DNA from: the human T2T-CHM13v2.0 reference genome, Homo sapiens
DNA length: 64,000 nucleotides
Assembly: GCF_009914755.1 (NCBI RefSeq)
Contig: NC_060927.1
Reading direction: 5' to 3' (one strand)
In this document: positions 25,871 to 42,835 of the stretch, one piece after another
Layout: every line of letters starts with the position of its first letter
Position numbering within the stretch: the first letter of the stretch is position 1
The notes under the pieces: model-generated
The model's database searches: none
Told to the model about the DNA's origin: nothing
Seen by the model: only the letters and a program-made list of their open reading frames with translations
Made by a program: the position numbers and the translations under genes

Positions 25871-28800
25871 GTCTCCTCCCCACCTCCAACAGTGCTAAGA
25901 AAGATCTTCTGCCCACATTGCATTATGTGCTGTACTTTTTTCATGTAAATGATCATTCCAAATGTCTACATCCTGGTGGGTGAGCGGAGGAGGTGACAGG
26001 AAGAACAAAAAAAAAAATAGACATGATGTCAAGAAAGGAATTAATTTTCAAGTGCACAATCACTGCTACCCACAGAGTCTGTCTCTTTGGTTTTCCATAG
26101 GTATAAAGAGATTACTCAGAGTCCATAAGGTGGCCATGCCAGGTCTCTCGGGGTCAAGCAGACAGGCCAAGGGTGTACCCAGGCTCTCCTTAGCTCTCTA
26201 CATGGCTCTGCCTCATCTGCTTGCTTGGTTCACCCATGACATCAGAGAAACAAAGTTGGGAGCAATGCTACTTCAAGCATATGCCAGTTACTAAGGGTAA
26301 TTTATGGCAACTCTCATTGCCACGTGGGCTGAGAAGCACAACATAATAATTAAAAGACTGATAAGCAATCACTAATGAAATGCATAGGTATTGTTGAAAA
26401 ATGCATTTTGAGTCCAAGTAAAACAATGATGTGTGTTCTCCCAGTGCAGAATCTCTGAGCTCTGTAATCTTAAAGGCTTTTGCTTTTAAAATACTATTTC
26501 AAATGCCAGCTATTAGTAACCCATACATTTGCACCCTGGTTTCATTGCAAAAATGAGGAAGGACCATTGCTTTCCAAAAGAGGCAACAAATAGAATTTTT
26601 TAAAAAACGCTTCTCTTGGAAAATTTTGATCCGTTTCAAGTGATCTTGTTTAGAAGACCCCTACGCCAAGAGTCCTGCCGGGACAGAGTTGTGTTGGCAT
26701 CACTTGACTGCTACCTGTGTCGTCTTTGCCTTTGTCTATCGCAAAGCCTGTTAGAAACAGCTCATGGAAGCAGGGCTCAGAAGACAGAGGTGTGTGCTAG
26801 ACCCTGCCCTACCTTTGTTCTCTAACAGGGAAGCATAATGTCAACCAATCTCTAGTCATCTCCCTGACCCATGTCCCTGACTGGCATACACACAGGGCCA
26901 CATGAAACCATTCCATGGCTCAGGCCAGGGTTTCAAGCATCAATTACCCTTAGTAACAGCACATGCCTGAAGTAGGGTTGCTCCCAACTTAAATATTTCT
27001 CTGATGTCATGGGTGAACCAAGCCAAGCAGATGAGGCAGAGTCATATAGGGAGCTCAGGAGAGTTTGAGTATGCCATTGGCCTGTCCACTTGACCCCTGA
27101 GTCTAATGACTCAGCATGGTCTTTGGAGTTCTAGGATGGCATTATTTACTTCTCCTCTTGCACAGTCCAGAAAGAACATTTTTCCCCACTAAATGCACAT
27201 TCCCAGGAGCTCCGACCTCCAGTCAAAAAAGTAAAAGTTGCTTGGTAAGCTCACTGCCTGGGGTCTTCTATACCAGGAAGGGCCCAGGCCTAGCACTCAT
27301 GTTGTGGCATCTTCCTCCTGCACTGTAGGCAGATGTCGCTAATTAACTATGACATGTTCTCCTGCAGGGCATTAACAGAATCTTTTAGATACCATTACCA
27401 ATCAATCAGAGTTGCTGCATAACATGGAAAACCTATTGCTCATTTCACTTTTCGGCTTTAGACTAATGACCCAGGGAAACTTTTCATGGCAGCCCTGAGA
27501 TGGTTCCATCCATTTCAAGCTAAGGATGTGATAATACGTGTATCTTCCAGAATCTTGACTCTTTCAATTAGGAGCATGAATAACAAACTTCTAGCATTGA
27601 AATAATATATTCTACGGTAATCCTCTGACTGATCACCTTGTTAATAAATATCTAAAGACCGCATTTTTCTCTGAGCTTCCAACTTCCATGGGAACATTCT
27701 GATTGTGATATAATTTTTAAATTAGCGGGTTTATTCATAGTTTTGTGTTAGTAAATGGCAAGCTTCTTACTAATTAGCAAATTGTGTAAATCCACAGCAG
27801 TATTAATTTTCAACTGTATGGGGAATTAATATAAGACAAAATAAATAAGGAGACAATTAAAATTTCCCTAGAGGCATGCATTTCTATAAAATTCAGCACA
27901 AAGCAAGAAAACATTAACCCATTTTGAGGGTGCATTTAGAAAAGATCACAAAAGATGTGTCAGTGTCACAGAGAACAAGTGAAGCATGCATTTGCTGTGG
28001 CACGCACTCTCAGTTACAGCTAAATTCCCTAAAGATATTTTCTCAAGTTACTGCTGCTGAGATGTCCCCTCTTGCCTTGATGCACTTTTCCAGCACTTTC
28101 TCATTTAATAAGGTTTTTATTATTTCTTTATTGATGTTTCCACTCAAATTGCTGGTGTGCTCTCTCTCACTTTAGAGGACAATGCACAGTATAATGTTCT
28201 GATCCTCAAAAACTGCCCCACAAGAGGTCTCTTACTAACCAAGCGCTTGCTAATATCCATTTCACTTTTCCCACTAACCCACTGAGAAGATGGAAAGCGT
28301 ATGTATCTCTGGGCTCCTGTTTAACCTCCCAGCTCTAGAAGATGAGAAAAAGCATGTCCCTCTTACGGGCACTTACACCATTTCTTATGAAGCCATCCCA
28401 CACACTGTTAAACAAATCTGATTGTTTCTCAAACTCCCCTTTAACTGCTTCAGCTTATTGCTAAGATGTTGAAGTCTTCCTGTGTTGGTGGCCATGGAAA
28501 CCACCTGTCTATTTAATGGCATGAGGTCTTTTCTTTACTTTTCCTGGCATGCCAGGCTGTTGGGGAAAGGCCAGAGCCCTAAGTTTAAACAAGTCAAGTA
28601 CAGATGTTTAAGAATGACAGCTCCCAACAGCTTCAGATCATAGCTAATACCAAAATTAAACTGTAACATGGTATGCTCTGATGGGGAAACTGTGCACAGT
28701 TTCTAAGTACACAAACAAGACAGTACACAGACAATTGTAGGTTCCATTTGGGGGCAATTTTCTTCCCTTATCATGGCTATCAGTGATACAATCTGCTGCA

Positions 28801-29404
28801 GAAGAATGTGGTGTTAACTAATTAGTATACCATATAGAAGTGCCTGTCTTGTATTATTTACAGTGCCTGGGACACACTCCTAGTACAGGGCTTCTCATAG
28901 GCACAGTAATTATGCATTTGCCTCTCTGTCTTACATATTAGATAATGATCTCCTTAAGGGCTGGGAATACGGTCAGAGATTGGGATTGCCTATCAGCCCC
29001 CTCCCAAGCAGACCTAAGCAGCCAGGTGGTAGGCAAGAACAGCTTCATGAATGGCTACTAGGCAGTTCCCAGTAGTGCCTGGAAATTCTGTAAGTAAATT
29101 TTAAACGGCTTGGTTCAGGCCAAAACCAAAATGGATCTTCCTGTTCCCTCACCCCAGGTCTGCAGTGACATACTATCCTGATCTCCTCTTTCTGTTTGAG
29201 GTTGAAAATGGAAATGGGAAGAACCAGGCAGGCCTTATCTGGCCTGCTTGCCATATGGAGACTGATGGGCAGACTGTTCACAACCACAAGCAGGTACCAC
29301 AGAAAGAGGACAGAATAGAGCCGGTCCTTTACTTTTAGGTGAGTTTTCCTCCACTGGCATGTTGTCACCAGGCAAGGCAGTTGCCATTTCTACTGATGTA
29401 AGGA

Positions 29405-29406
<2 letters not shown>

Positions 29407-29457
<51 letters not shown>

Positions 29458-29470
29458 TGTGTGTGTGTGT
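29407..29470. repeat. Compound microsatellite (CA)17(GA)8(GT)7
   Basis: Read directly. Confidence 0.95.
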
Positions 29471-30482
29471 GAAGGAGAGGTGGGGAGGAAGGGAGTAGGA
29501 AGGGACACAGAGCCAGGGACTAAAGAGAAAAGTCCCTTCCTGTGAAAAGAATAAGATAATATTTTCATTTACCATCCCCATATACACAGCAGTGAGCAAA
29601 GTGCCAGGCAAATAATTGATACCCAACAAACATCAGCTGAATGAATAAATGGATTCATTCATTGCACTTTTCCATGTCTCTATCTCTAGTATTTAAGATT
29701 TTTTTAATGTATCTTAGAAGAGCCTACTGTTGTACACCAAACCAAACCAAAACAGCAGAATGTCCTAAAGTACTGACATATGTGTAGAAATTACACATCA
29801 AATTACCAATCAGATAGACGCTAAGGTAGGACTGAAATGTGGGCCAAACCCATTTTGGAAACAAAGAACAAAGTCAATACTCAAGGTCAAGCTCTTAGAC
29901 AGCTATTCTTCCAAAGCACCTGGACCCCAAGACACACTCAACAAATTTCAGGTCATTTCTTCTCTCATTAAGCCAGTTACAACCAAGTTATAGAAGTGGA
30001 GTCCTTACAAGTCGCTATTGATAGAATAAGAGCTAGTCAAAGAATGTTTGAGCCATTTTTTTCCCAGCCTCAGATGATGGGGAGAAAAAAAAAACACCTC
30101 AATCAAGGATGTCAAAATGAACCAATCTGCAATAGTCATCTGGGCAGGGGACAGGTGAATAGCCCAATTCTTCTCACAGAAATGAAGAAAAAGTTCAGGC
30201 CATTATCCAGGATGACTTGAAAAGGCAACTCAGTGACTGAGCTTTGTAGTTCTGACACCATTCAAATAGAAATGGGAGCCAGAGATAGAAGGACTGACGG
30301 CTCATTCTCAGGAATGTCTGTGACTATGCTTAGATGTGTCAGTAGACAACAGCTTCCTACCAAATGGTACAGGCTTTGGCAGCCTCTTTTTTAAAAGGCC
30401 TTTTAGTAACTAGTCAGGCACCATTCTTAATATCAAAACATTCTCTCTTTTTTATTGCCCAGACTATGGGAATCTGGAAAAT

Positions 30483-30566
30483 GAAAGAAAAGAAAAAAAA
30501 AGAAAAGAGAGAGAAAGAGAGAAAGAAAAAGAGAAAGAGAGAAAGAGAGAGAGAGAGAGAGAAAGA
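30483..30566. repeat. A/G polypurine low-complexity tract
   Basis: About 80 nt of uninterrupted purines. Confidence 0.9.
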
Positions 30567-31204
30567 TAATTCTGACTCTTCCTAGGTAAAGTTATGCTTT
30601 CCAGTTAACTTGATCCACTAGTTATTACCCGAAAACATGCTTTCCCTATGTTTGAGTTCTCATTCATTTATTCAACATCTACTATGTGCCAGACCCTGTG
30701 TTAGATGCTAGGGATACAACGGTTAATGAGAAAAAGAAAATGTCTTATCATGGAGCTCATTATTTATCTGTCTTATAATTAATCTATATTACTTTATTTA
30801 ACAACTACATACATTAAACACTGCCCTTTTATGGTTACGGAAAGACAGCAGTGAACAAAACAGACAGTCTCTATTCTCTGATCCAGGGGGAAAAGACTAA
30901 ATGAGTTAGTAACATTTTCAGATAGTTAGGAGAGCTGGAAAAACATACATTGGGATAATGCCATTGAGAGTGAGTGATGGAGTGGCAGCAGGACTGTTGT
31001 TTGAGATAAATTGGCCAGGTGGCGTCTCCAAGAAGAAAAGTCTCACTTGAGACTGGTAAATGAAGCCAGCAATCCAGGAAGGGTGTTTGTCAGGGTGGCC
31101 AGCTTTTCCCCACTCCTAGGTTTTAAGAGGAGTCTGACACTGACTATTATTAGGAAAATAAGTTAGTTGGCCTACTTGGAGGGTATAATACCAGCCAGCA
31201 CCTT

Positions 31205-31365
31205 AATATTCAATGTGTGGTCTGGGGAATACCAGCATCAGCATCACCCAAGAGCTTGTTAGGAATGCAAATTCTCAGCTCCACTCCAGATGTAATTGAT
31301 CAAAATCTGCACTTGACCTGACCCCTAGGTAATTCATATGTGTATTAAGACTTTGAGAAGCCCTG
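31205..31365 (+). mobile_element. MER5-family MITE within L2 remnants
   Basis: CCAGCATCAGCATCACCCAAGAGCTTGTTAGGAATGCAAATTCTCAG...TTTGAGAAGCCCTG. Confidence 0.75.
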
Positions 31366-31919
31366 GAGCTAGCCACCTTGAGTAAGACCTAAAGTCATGT
31401 CCACCAAGCCTGGCCTCTATCAGTCATTCCTTTGTTTATTTTGGAATTCATTTGAGAAATTTGAGGACCCAGGCATAGACGAGGGCTGCTATTTATTGGA
31501 GGTCCTCAAGATCCTCTAAATAAAGGGAAGAACAAGTACAAAGCCCTGATATGGGCCAGGCTGAATTATGAGTGAAATCAACAGAAATAAATGCAAGCCA
31601 TTTAAATTTTATCCCTATAAAATGGCTAGCCTTTGGAAGTTTTTAGGCAAGGGAGAAGTAATATGTTCTACTTGAAACTTTGGAGCAGTGACTCTGGGTG
31701 CTGCAGAGAGAGTGGACAATAGCCAAGCAAGCATGGAGAAACCACACAGTTAAGAAGCTACAAAGGCGAGCCCGATGGGAAGCGGTAGGGACTTGAGTTG
31801 GTGAGGCAGCAGTGCACTTATTCTGGATATGTCTTGGGAGAAGAGCTAATAATACTTACTGATGAATAGAAATGTGGGGCAGCAGTTAGGAAAGAGGATG
31901 GTCAAAGAACCAGTCAGTG

Positions 31920-33903
31920 CAGGCATACTTCATTTCACTGCATTTTGCTTTACTGTGCTTCTCAGATATTGCATTTTTAGACCAACTAATAACCCTACAA
32001 TCGCCTTTTAAGTGTTCAAGTGAAAGGAAGTGTCACACATCTCTCACTTTAAATCAAAAAGTAGAAACGATAAAGCTTAGTAAAGAAGGCATGCCAGAAG
32101 CCAAAGACAGGCCAAAAGCTAGGCCTCTTGGGCCAAACAGCCAAGCTGTGAATGCAAAGGACAAGTTATTGAAGGAAATTAAAAGTGCTACTCCAGTGAA
32201 CACACAAACAGTAAGAAAGTAAAACACTTATTGCTGATAGGGAGAGTTTGAGTGGTCTAGATAGAAGATCAAACAAGCCACAACATTCCCTTAAGCCAAA
32301 GCCTAATCCAGAGCAAGGTCCTAACTCTCTCCAATTCTATGAAGTCTGAGAGAGGTGAGGAAGCTACAGAAAACAAGTCTGAAGCTAGCAGAGATTGGTC
32401 ATGAGGTTCAAGGAAAGAAGCCATTTCCATAATATAAAATGTCAAGGTGAAGCAGCAAGTGCTAATACAGAAGCTGCAGCAAGTTTTCCAGAAGAGCTGG
32501 CAAAGATAATCAATGAAGTTGACCATATTAAACAATAGATTTTCGATAGTGACAAAACAGCCTTCTATTGGAAGGCGATGCCATCAAGGACTGTCCTAGC
32601 TAGAGAGGAGAAGTTAGTGCCTGGCTTCAAAGCTTCAATGAACAAACTGAATCTCTTGTTAGGGGCTACTGCAGATGGTGACTTTAAGTTGAAGTCAGTG
32701 GTCCTTGAGCATTCTGAAAATCCTGGATCCCTTAAGAATGATACTACATCAACTCTGCCTGTGCTCTGTAAATGGAACAACAAAGCCGGGATGACAGCAC
32801 ATCTGTCTGTTGCATGATTTACTGAATTTTTTAAGCCCCCTCTTGAGACCTACTGCTCAGGAAAAAACATTCTTTTCCAAATATTACTGCTTACTGATGA
32901 TGTACCTGGTCACCCAAGGGCTCTGATAGAGATGTACAAGGAGATGAATGTTGTTTTCACACTTGCTAATACAATATCTATTCTGCAGCCCACAGATCAA
33001 GGAGGAATTCTGACTTTCAAGTCTTATTAATTAAATACATTTTGTAAGGCTATAACTGTCATGGACAGTGACTCCTCTGATGGATCTGGGCAAAGTAAAT
33101 TGAAAACCTGGAAAGGATTCACCATTCTAGAAGCCATTAAGAACATTCATAATGCATGGGAGGTCAACATGAACATAGTTTAGAAGAAGTTGATTCCAGC
33201 CCTCATGGATGACTTTGAGGGGTTCAAGACATCAGTGGTGAAAAAAGCAGGAAAACTAGAATTAGAAGTAAAGCCTGAAGACGTGACTGTATTGCTGTAA
33301 TCTCATGATCAAACTTGAACAGATGAGAAATTGCTTTTTATGGGTGAGCAAAGAAAGTGATTTCTTGAGATGAAATCAACTCCTAGTGAAGATGATGTGA
33401 ACATTGTTGAAATGACAACAAAGAATTTGGACCATTATACCAACTTGGTTGATAAAACAACAGCACTGTCAAAGACGATTAACTCTAATTTTAAAATAAG
33501 TTCTACTATGAGTAAAATGCTATTAAATAGCATTACATTCTACAGAGAAACCTTTCATTAAAGGAAGAATCAATCAGTATGGCAAACTTCATTTTTATTG
33601 TAAGAAATCGCCACAACCACCCAACTTTCAGCAACCACCACCATGATCAGTCAGCAGCCATCAACATTGAGGCAAGACCTTCCCATTTTTATTGTTCACA
33701 TTTTTTAGCAATAAAGTATTTTTAATTAAGGTATGTACACTTTTTAGGAATAATAATATTGCATACTTAATAGACTACAGCTAAGTGTAAATATAGCTTG
33801 TATATGCATTGGGAAACTAAAATTCACATGACTGATTTATTGCGATAGTCACTTTTTCACAGTGGTGTGTATCTGAACCCATAATATCTTTGAGGTATGG
33901 CTG
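31920..33903 (+). mobile_element. Tigger1 DNA transposon, near full length, decayed transposase
   Basis: TIRs CAGGCATACTTC / GAGGTATGGCTG+TA; transposase fragments ([46 protein letters not shown]); apparent deletion after the 5' end. Confidence 0.92.
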
Positions 33904-34214
33904 TACCCCTACGAGGCATGGAGGTGGGCATACTACCCATGCTGCCCCCAAGCACTATGGCTGACCCCTTGCTGGGCTGATCCCAAATACAAAATACAAG
34001 AATTCATAAACAATACAACACTTTCCGTTAATGGAGAATGCTATAACACCTAGTTCCCACTTCTATTCTTCACCGTTGGATTCTAATAGATGCCTGTTAT
34101 TCCTTTAAAAATATGAGAGCAATGGATTTCATTTACAAAAAAGGGAAATTAGTTACACAACAAAGTGAATACTCAGAAAAATATTTCAAGCAAATAGATA
34201 AAAGACCACTTTTA

Positions 34215-37225
<3,011 letters not shown>

Positions 37226-38320
37226 GAAAACTGCTAGACTTCCCAACACTTTGAGAAACAGTTGCCACCTAACTACTAAAGCAAAATGAACTAAACCTAC
37301 CACTGGAACTCAACCTTTAGGCATTTTAAAAGGCCATTTTTAATGAATTCCCTTTCAGCTCTTAGTCAAGCTCATCTTTTTGAACTCGATCTTTATTTTT
37401 AACAGGAGCACATACTTAAAGAGGTAGAAGGTATGAAGAGGTCAGCAGTGATCATCTTTACTTATAAGAGACAAAGCATTCCTCTTGGAAAAGTCACCAT
37501 ACCATTTTGGGGACTTAAACTTTGAATATTTTTTCAAGAAAACACATTTATGACAATTCATTATGCTAGAGATTCTTTTTTTTTTTTTTCCTTTCAAAAA
37601 TATTTTCCATTTTATGTCTTCTAAGGCTGATGAAAACAGGCCTTCCAACTCTGGGCTTGCCTTATTGCCTGTCTGTGGCTGAAACCCAAACATTTTCCTA
37701 TTACAGTTTAAGTGTTTTTATGTATGTTTTATACCCAAATTCAGTAAAGGTTTGACATAGACCAAGGTAACATTTCAGGCAGTATCTTTAAAATAGAAAT
37801 CTATTTTCAGATTCCAGGATGTAGAACAGTTGGTTTTGAATTTATAACTTTGATACCAGCATTTTCCTCTTTAAATGTACTTCTAAGGATACCTCCTGGC
37901 CACCAAAGGAGACTGGCGTGGTTTATTTCAGTACTGTGATAAAGTGATTGAGAACTGAGATTTTATTCCCAAAGAGGCTAACTCCTTTATCTTATTCTAA
38001 AGCCAATTATTTTGCAAATTAGATCCACTGCTTACATAGTATGACATGTGAATAGATGTAAGGAAATCCATCACTACTACTCCAAGCATATGCCTACTGA
38101 GTAATGAGTTAGCAGGATCACCTTCATGTTTGAAGACACCAGGACGATATAGTAGAGGAGAACGTAAGCTCTAGTGTCAGAACGCCTGGGTTCTTATTCC
38201 ATCTGGCTAGCTAGGAGACTTTGGGCAAGTCCCTCCCCTACATCTCAGTTTCCCCATTTATACTCAATGGCAGTACTTCCCAAATTAGTCACCTCATATT
38301 TAGAGATATTTATTTATTAA

Positions 38321-38530
<210 letters not shown>

Positions 38531-39656
38531 TGATGTAATTCACCCAAATGATACAATTCAATGGTTTTTAATCTATTTACCCAGTGGTACAATCATTACT
38601 ACAATCAATTCTAGAATGTTTTCATCACTGCCTAGGGATCTTTAAAAATTCCAAAGCCCAGACTATGCCACAAATCAATTATATCACAGTCTATGGCGGT
38701 GGGACACAGACATCAGTAGTTTGCGAAGCTCCCCAGGTAATTCCATTGCACAGATATGTTTGGGAAGCCATGCTGCACTGGAATCACTGTCAGAGTTTCA
38801 GGGAAAATAAACACAGAAATAAAGAAAGAGGAGATGTTCAGCAGAGAGACTGTCCTATGATAACATAAGCACAGAAGTGGTGGTGACAATAATCATATTG
38901 AGGACGAATTTAATGGGAAAGACTATTTAAAGAATTACACTGCAACTTTTATAATCGGGACTAAAATAGCAATTTTTTTACTCGTTGGTAATACATCTCC
39001 AGGCACAGCATCCTCTGAGAGTATGTATAAGTTGGGAATAAGAGTGTTGAGGTAGGAAAGGGATCAGGAGGAGATAAGAACCTGTAACTTATCTAACACA
39101 TTTCAAGACATTACCAAGCTTCTTGGCCTTCTAAAAAGCTCCTGGTTAGCCTTACAGGATGCCACTGAAGTGCCACCCCTTTGTGAAATCTTTTCCCACT
39201 GAAGTCACAGTTTGATGCTTCTTAAAGCTCTGCGTTTGGCATAATACAGCAATTATCACCCAGAGTCATATACTTCAGAAGTTGGTCACCTTCACCAGGG
39301 CAAGAGTTCTTTGAAGGCAGAAACAATACTTAGTACATTAAAAAATTAAAAAAAAAAAAAAAAAAAACTATCTCAAGAGCCTAGCGCATGTTATGGCACA
39401 GTGTTGACAAATATTTGTTGGACTGAACCAAAGCAAATTCACATCCACTACTGTCAACACAAAAATGAAAAAAAAATAGTGCACTAGTTCCAAAGTTCCC
39501 AGAACACTTAGGGGCCACTGTAGCTCTCAGAAGACTGGCAAGCAAGACCTGCAATTTTACTCTATAAGGGACACTGTAAGAGCAAAGCTTGGGGTACTTA
39601 ATAACTCCACTAAATAAATGGCACAGCCACAAGCTGTTATTAGGAACACTGAATGG

Positions 39657-39997
<341 letters not shown>

Positions 39998-41509
39998 TTA
40001 CCAACACTGAGATCAAGAAAAAAAATTGCCATCCAGGGGAAAAAGATTAATTAAGATCAATTAATTTTCTTTTACAGGAGTAGATTATACAGAAGTCTTT
40101 AGGCTTCTGAGGAGAATTTGAGAAAATTTTACAGTAAACAGGAATTTGCATACGCTCTGGGAGCAAAAAGTGTGTCCCCACACAGGTCACCTGGGGTATG
40201 TTCAAGATGAAGAACAAAAGTCGGGCATTTCTCTAAGTGTAGAGTCAGGAGGGTGCAAATAAAGGCAGGCTTTAGAGGGAATAGAGAAACTTTTGGATTC
40301 AAAAGAAATACAATTATCATTACAATAGAGCTACATGGTTACACAATAAGCAATACTATTAAGCACCCTCTCTGGAAAGAGTGTTCTTTGAAAAACAAAA
40401 TGCAGAACAGATCCAAAAGCAAGGTAACAAAAGCTATTAGGTGAAGTCCATCAGAGGAAGAATTCTCTTTCCATAGCATCTTCCTTCAAGTACAAGATAA
40501 TTATGTTTTATTTATGGCACAGGAATAGAATATGAGATTCACCATTCAATAAACTCAGGAAAATCATTTCTTTGGTCATTGCTTTTTATTTATAAAATGA
40601 CGGCTTGGATCAAGGTAGTGTTTCCCAAGGTTTTCTTTCTTTCTTTTTTTTGGGGGGGAAGATTTAACAGGCATTACTTGAAGAAACTTAGAGTCAATAG
40701 ATTCTAAATTATGGTCACTTGAAACCAGCACCACAGGATTACCCATCAAGACCTAATCAACCAAATTAACAATTAGTATTTGGGCAGAAAGTTGATGCAA
40801 TATCTCCAATATCAAGGCAGTACAGACTGCTTTGAAACTGATATTCTTCTCTGTGCATGCATATACACACACAGACACACACACACTCATACACACATAT
40901 ATTTATAATTCCTTCTAAATATTTGAATGTTCATATATATAATTCTTTCTTTTTAATTACTCCAAGCTGAGCATGTGTAGGTTAGATTCACTCTGTTTTA
41001 TAATATTTATTGTGTTTATAGAATATGTCCATCACATCCTAGCCCCTAGGCATGTTTACAAATAAGATAGGAAAAAAAGAGACTGTTGATAACATAATGG
41101 CTAAAAATCCACAGCCAATATTTTCAGAAAGATCACACAAATGCACATACATGCATACACACACAGACACACACACACTCTATCTACAGATCATCCTGGT
41201 ATCCAATGTGAATTCCATCAGTATTCTCAGTGCAAACCACACCCTGTGGTTTCTTTTCCTACTCCCTACACAACTTCTGCCATCTTGAGTCTTAAAATAT
41301 AAAACAAAAAAATATATGGTCCATTGATGGAAAGGATAGAAGGCTTTAGATGGGAGACAGGGTCAGATTCATCACATCATTTCTTTTGACAGCCTAGCAC
41401 AGGGGTTAATGTTGGCTGGGGAGATGGAAAAAGGAAAGAGGTAATGGGAGCAGACCTGGGACCAGTTGGTCAGCAACTCGCAGAGTTCTTTAATCACCAA
41501 CAACCTCCC

Positions 41510-41720
41510 TGTACTGAGGCAACATGCTGCTAAATGCTCAACATACAGCATTTCGTTTCATCCTCTTGATGTCCCTACAAGGTAGTTCCTATTATTTCCA
41601 TATTTCACTTGATAAAACTGAGGCCCAAGTTACAAAATATCCCAAGTTACAAAGCTACTAAGTGGCAGGCTCAGGACCTGCACCCAGGTCTTCCCAAGGC
41701 CAAAGTTTAGACTCTTCACC
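41510..41720 (-). mobile_element. MIR
   Basis: CCCTACAAGGTAG...GATAAAACTGAGGCCCAAG...CCCAAGTTACAAAGCTACTAAGTGGCAG. Confidence 0.7.
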
Positions 41721-42426
41721 AGAACTGCTTGGCTTTTTGCTAGAAAGCCTGGGGTCAGGAAGGTTAACCATTCACAAAGAGCTCAGAAGTGGCAAGGCCT
41801 GGATGGAATGCAATCATGAGGACAACATGGGGCACTGTCCATAACTGTGTGATATTGCACTTTCCCTGATCAAACGTCCCCTCTGAGGGTGTCCTAGGGA
41901 CATTTGAGACCATTTCCCTCTGACACATCCCTTCTTCTGCAGAAGCACCCATCTCCTTTAGAATTTGAATTTCTGCTAAAAAGTAGATGCTTTCCTCACA
42001 AATGTCCCCTCCTCCTGTATTCTTTCTCCTCTTGGATCTCCAAACTAAAAACTGTAGTGGGTATAGAAAGGAGAGTCTCAAGTGCTGTGAAAATCTTTCT
42101 AGAGGACTTTCATCCCTTCCCAACAGCCTGCAATGTGGACTTCTGTCCCCTCAGTAACAAACCGTACATGTCCTTCCTGAACTGAGAACGAACCTGCAGC
42201 ATCCAGAGCAGCTCTAAGAAGCAGGAGAAGACAAAAAAGGCATGCAGCTCCCTGCTGCTCTCAGGAAAGGGGAGAGAAGCGCAGCTGCCTCCGTTCAAGG
42301 CTGGGTGAGAGTGATGAGTCAAATGACTGTCATCATTTGGATTCTGACATTTCTTCCTCTACAGAGAAAACGAAAGAGTCTGCTATTGGTGATCATTCAT
42401 TCTGCGTTCATTTATGTCTTGTGTAC

Positions 42427-42835
<409 letters not shown>

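Noticed and set aside
31917-33561. Transposase-like ORFs as a domesticated TIGD-type gene
   Set aside because: Multiple stops and frameshifts; an ordinary Tigger1 fossil.
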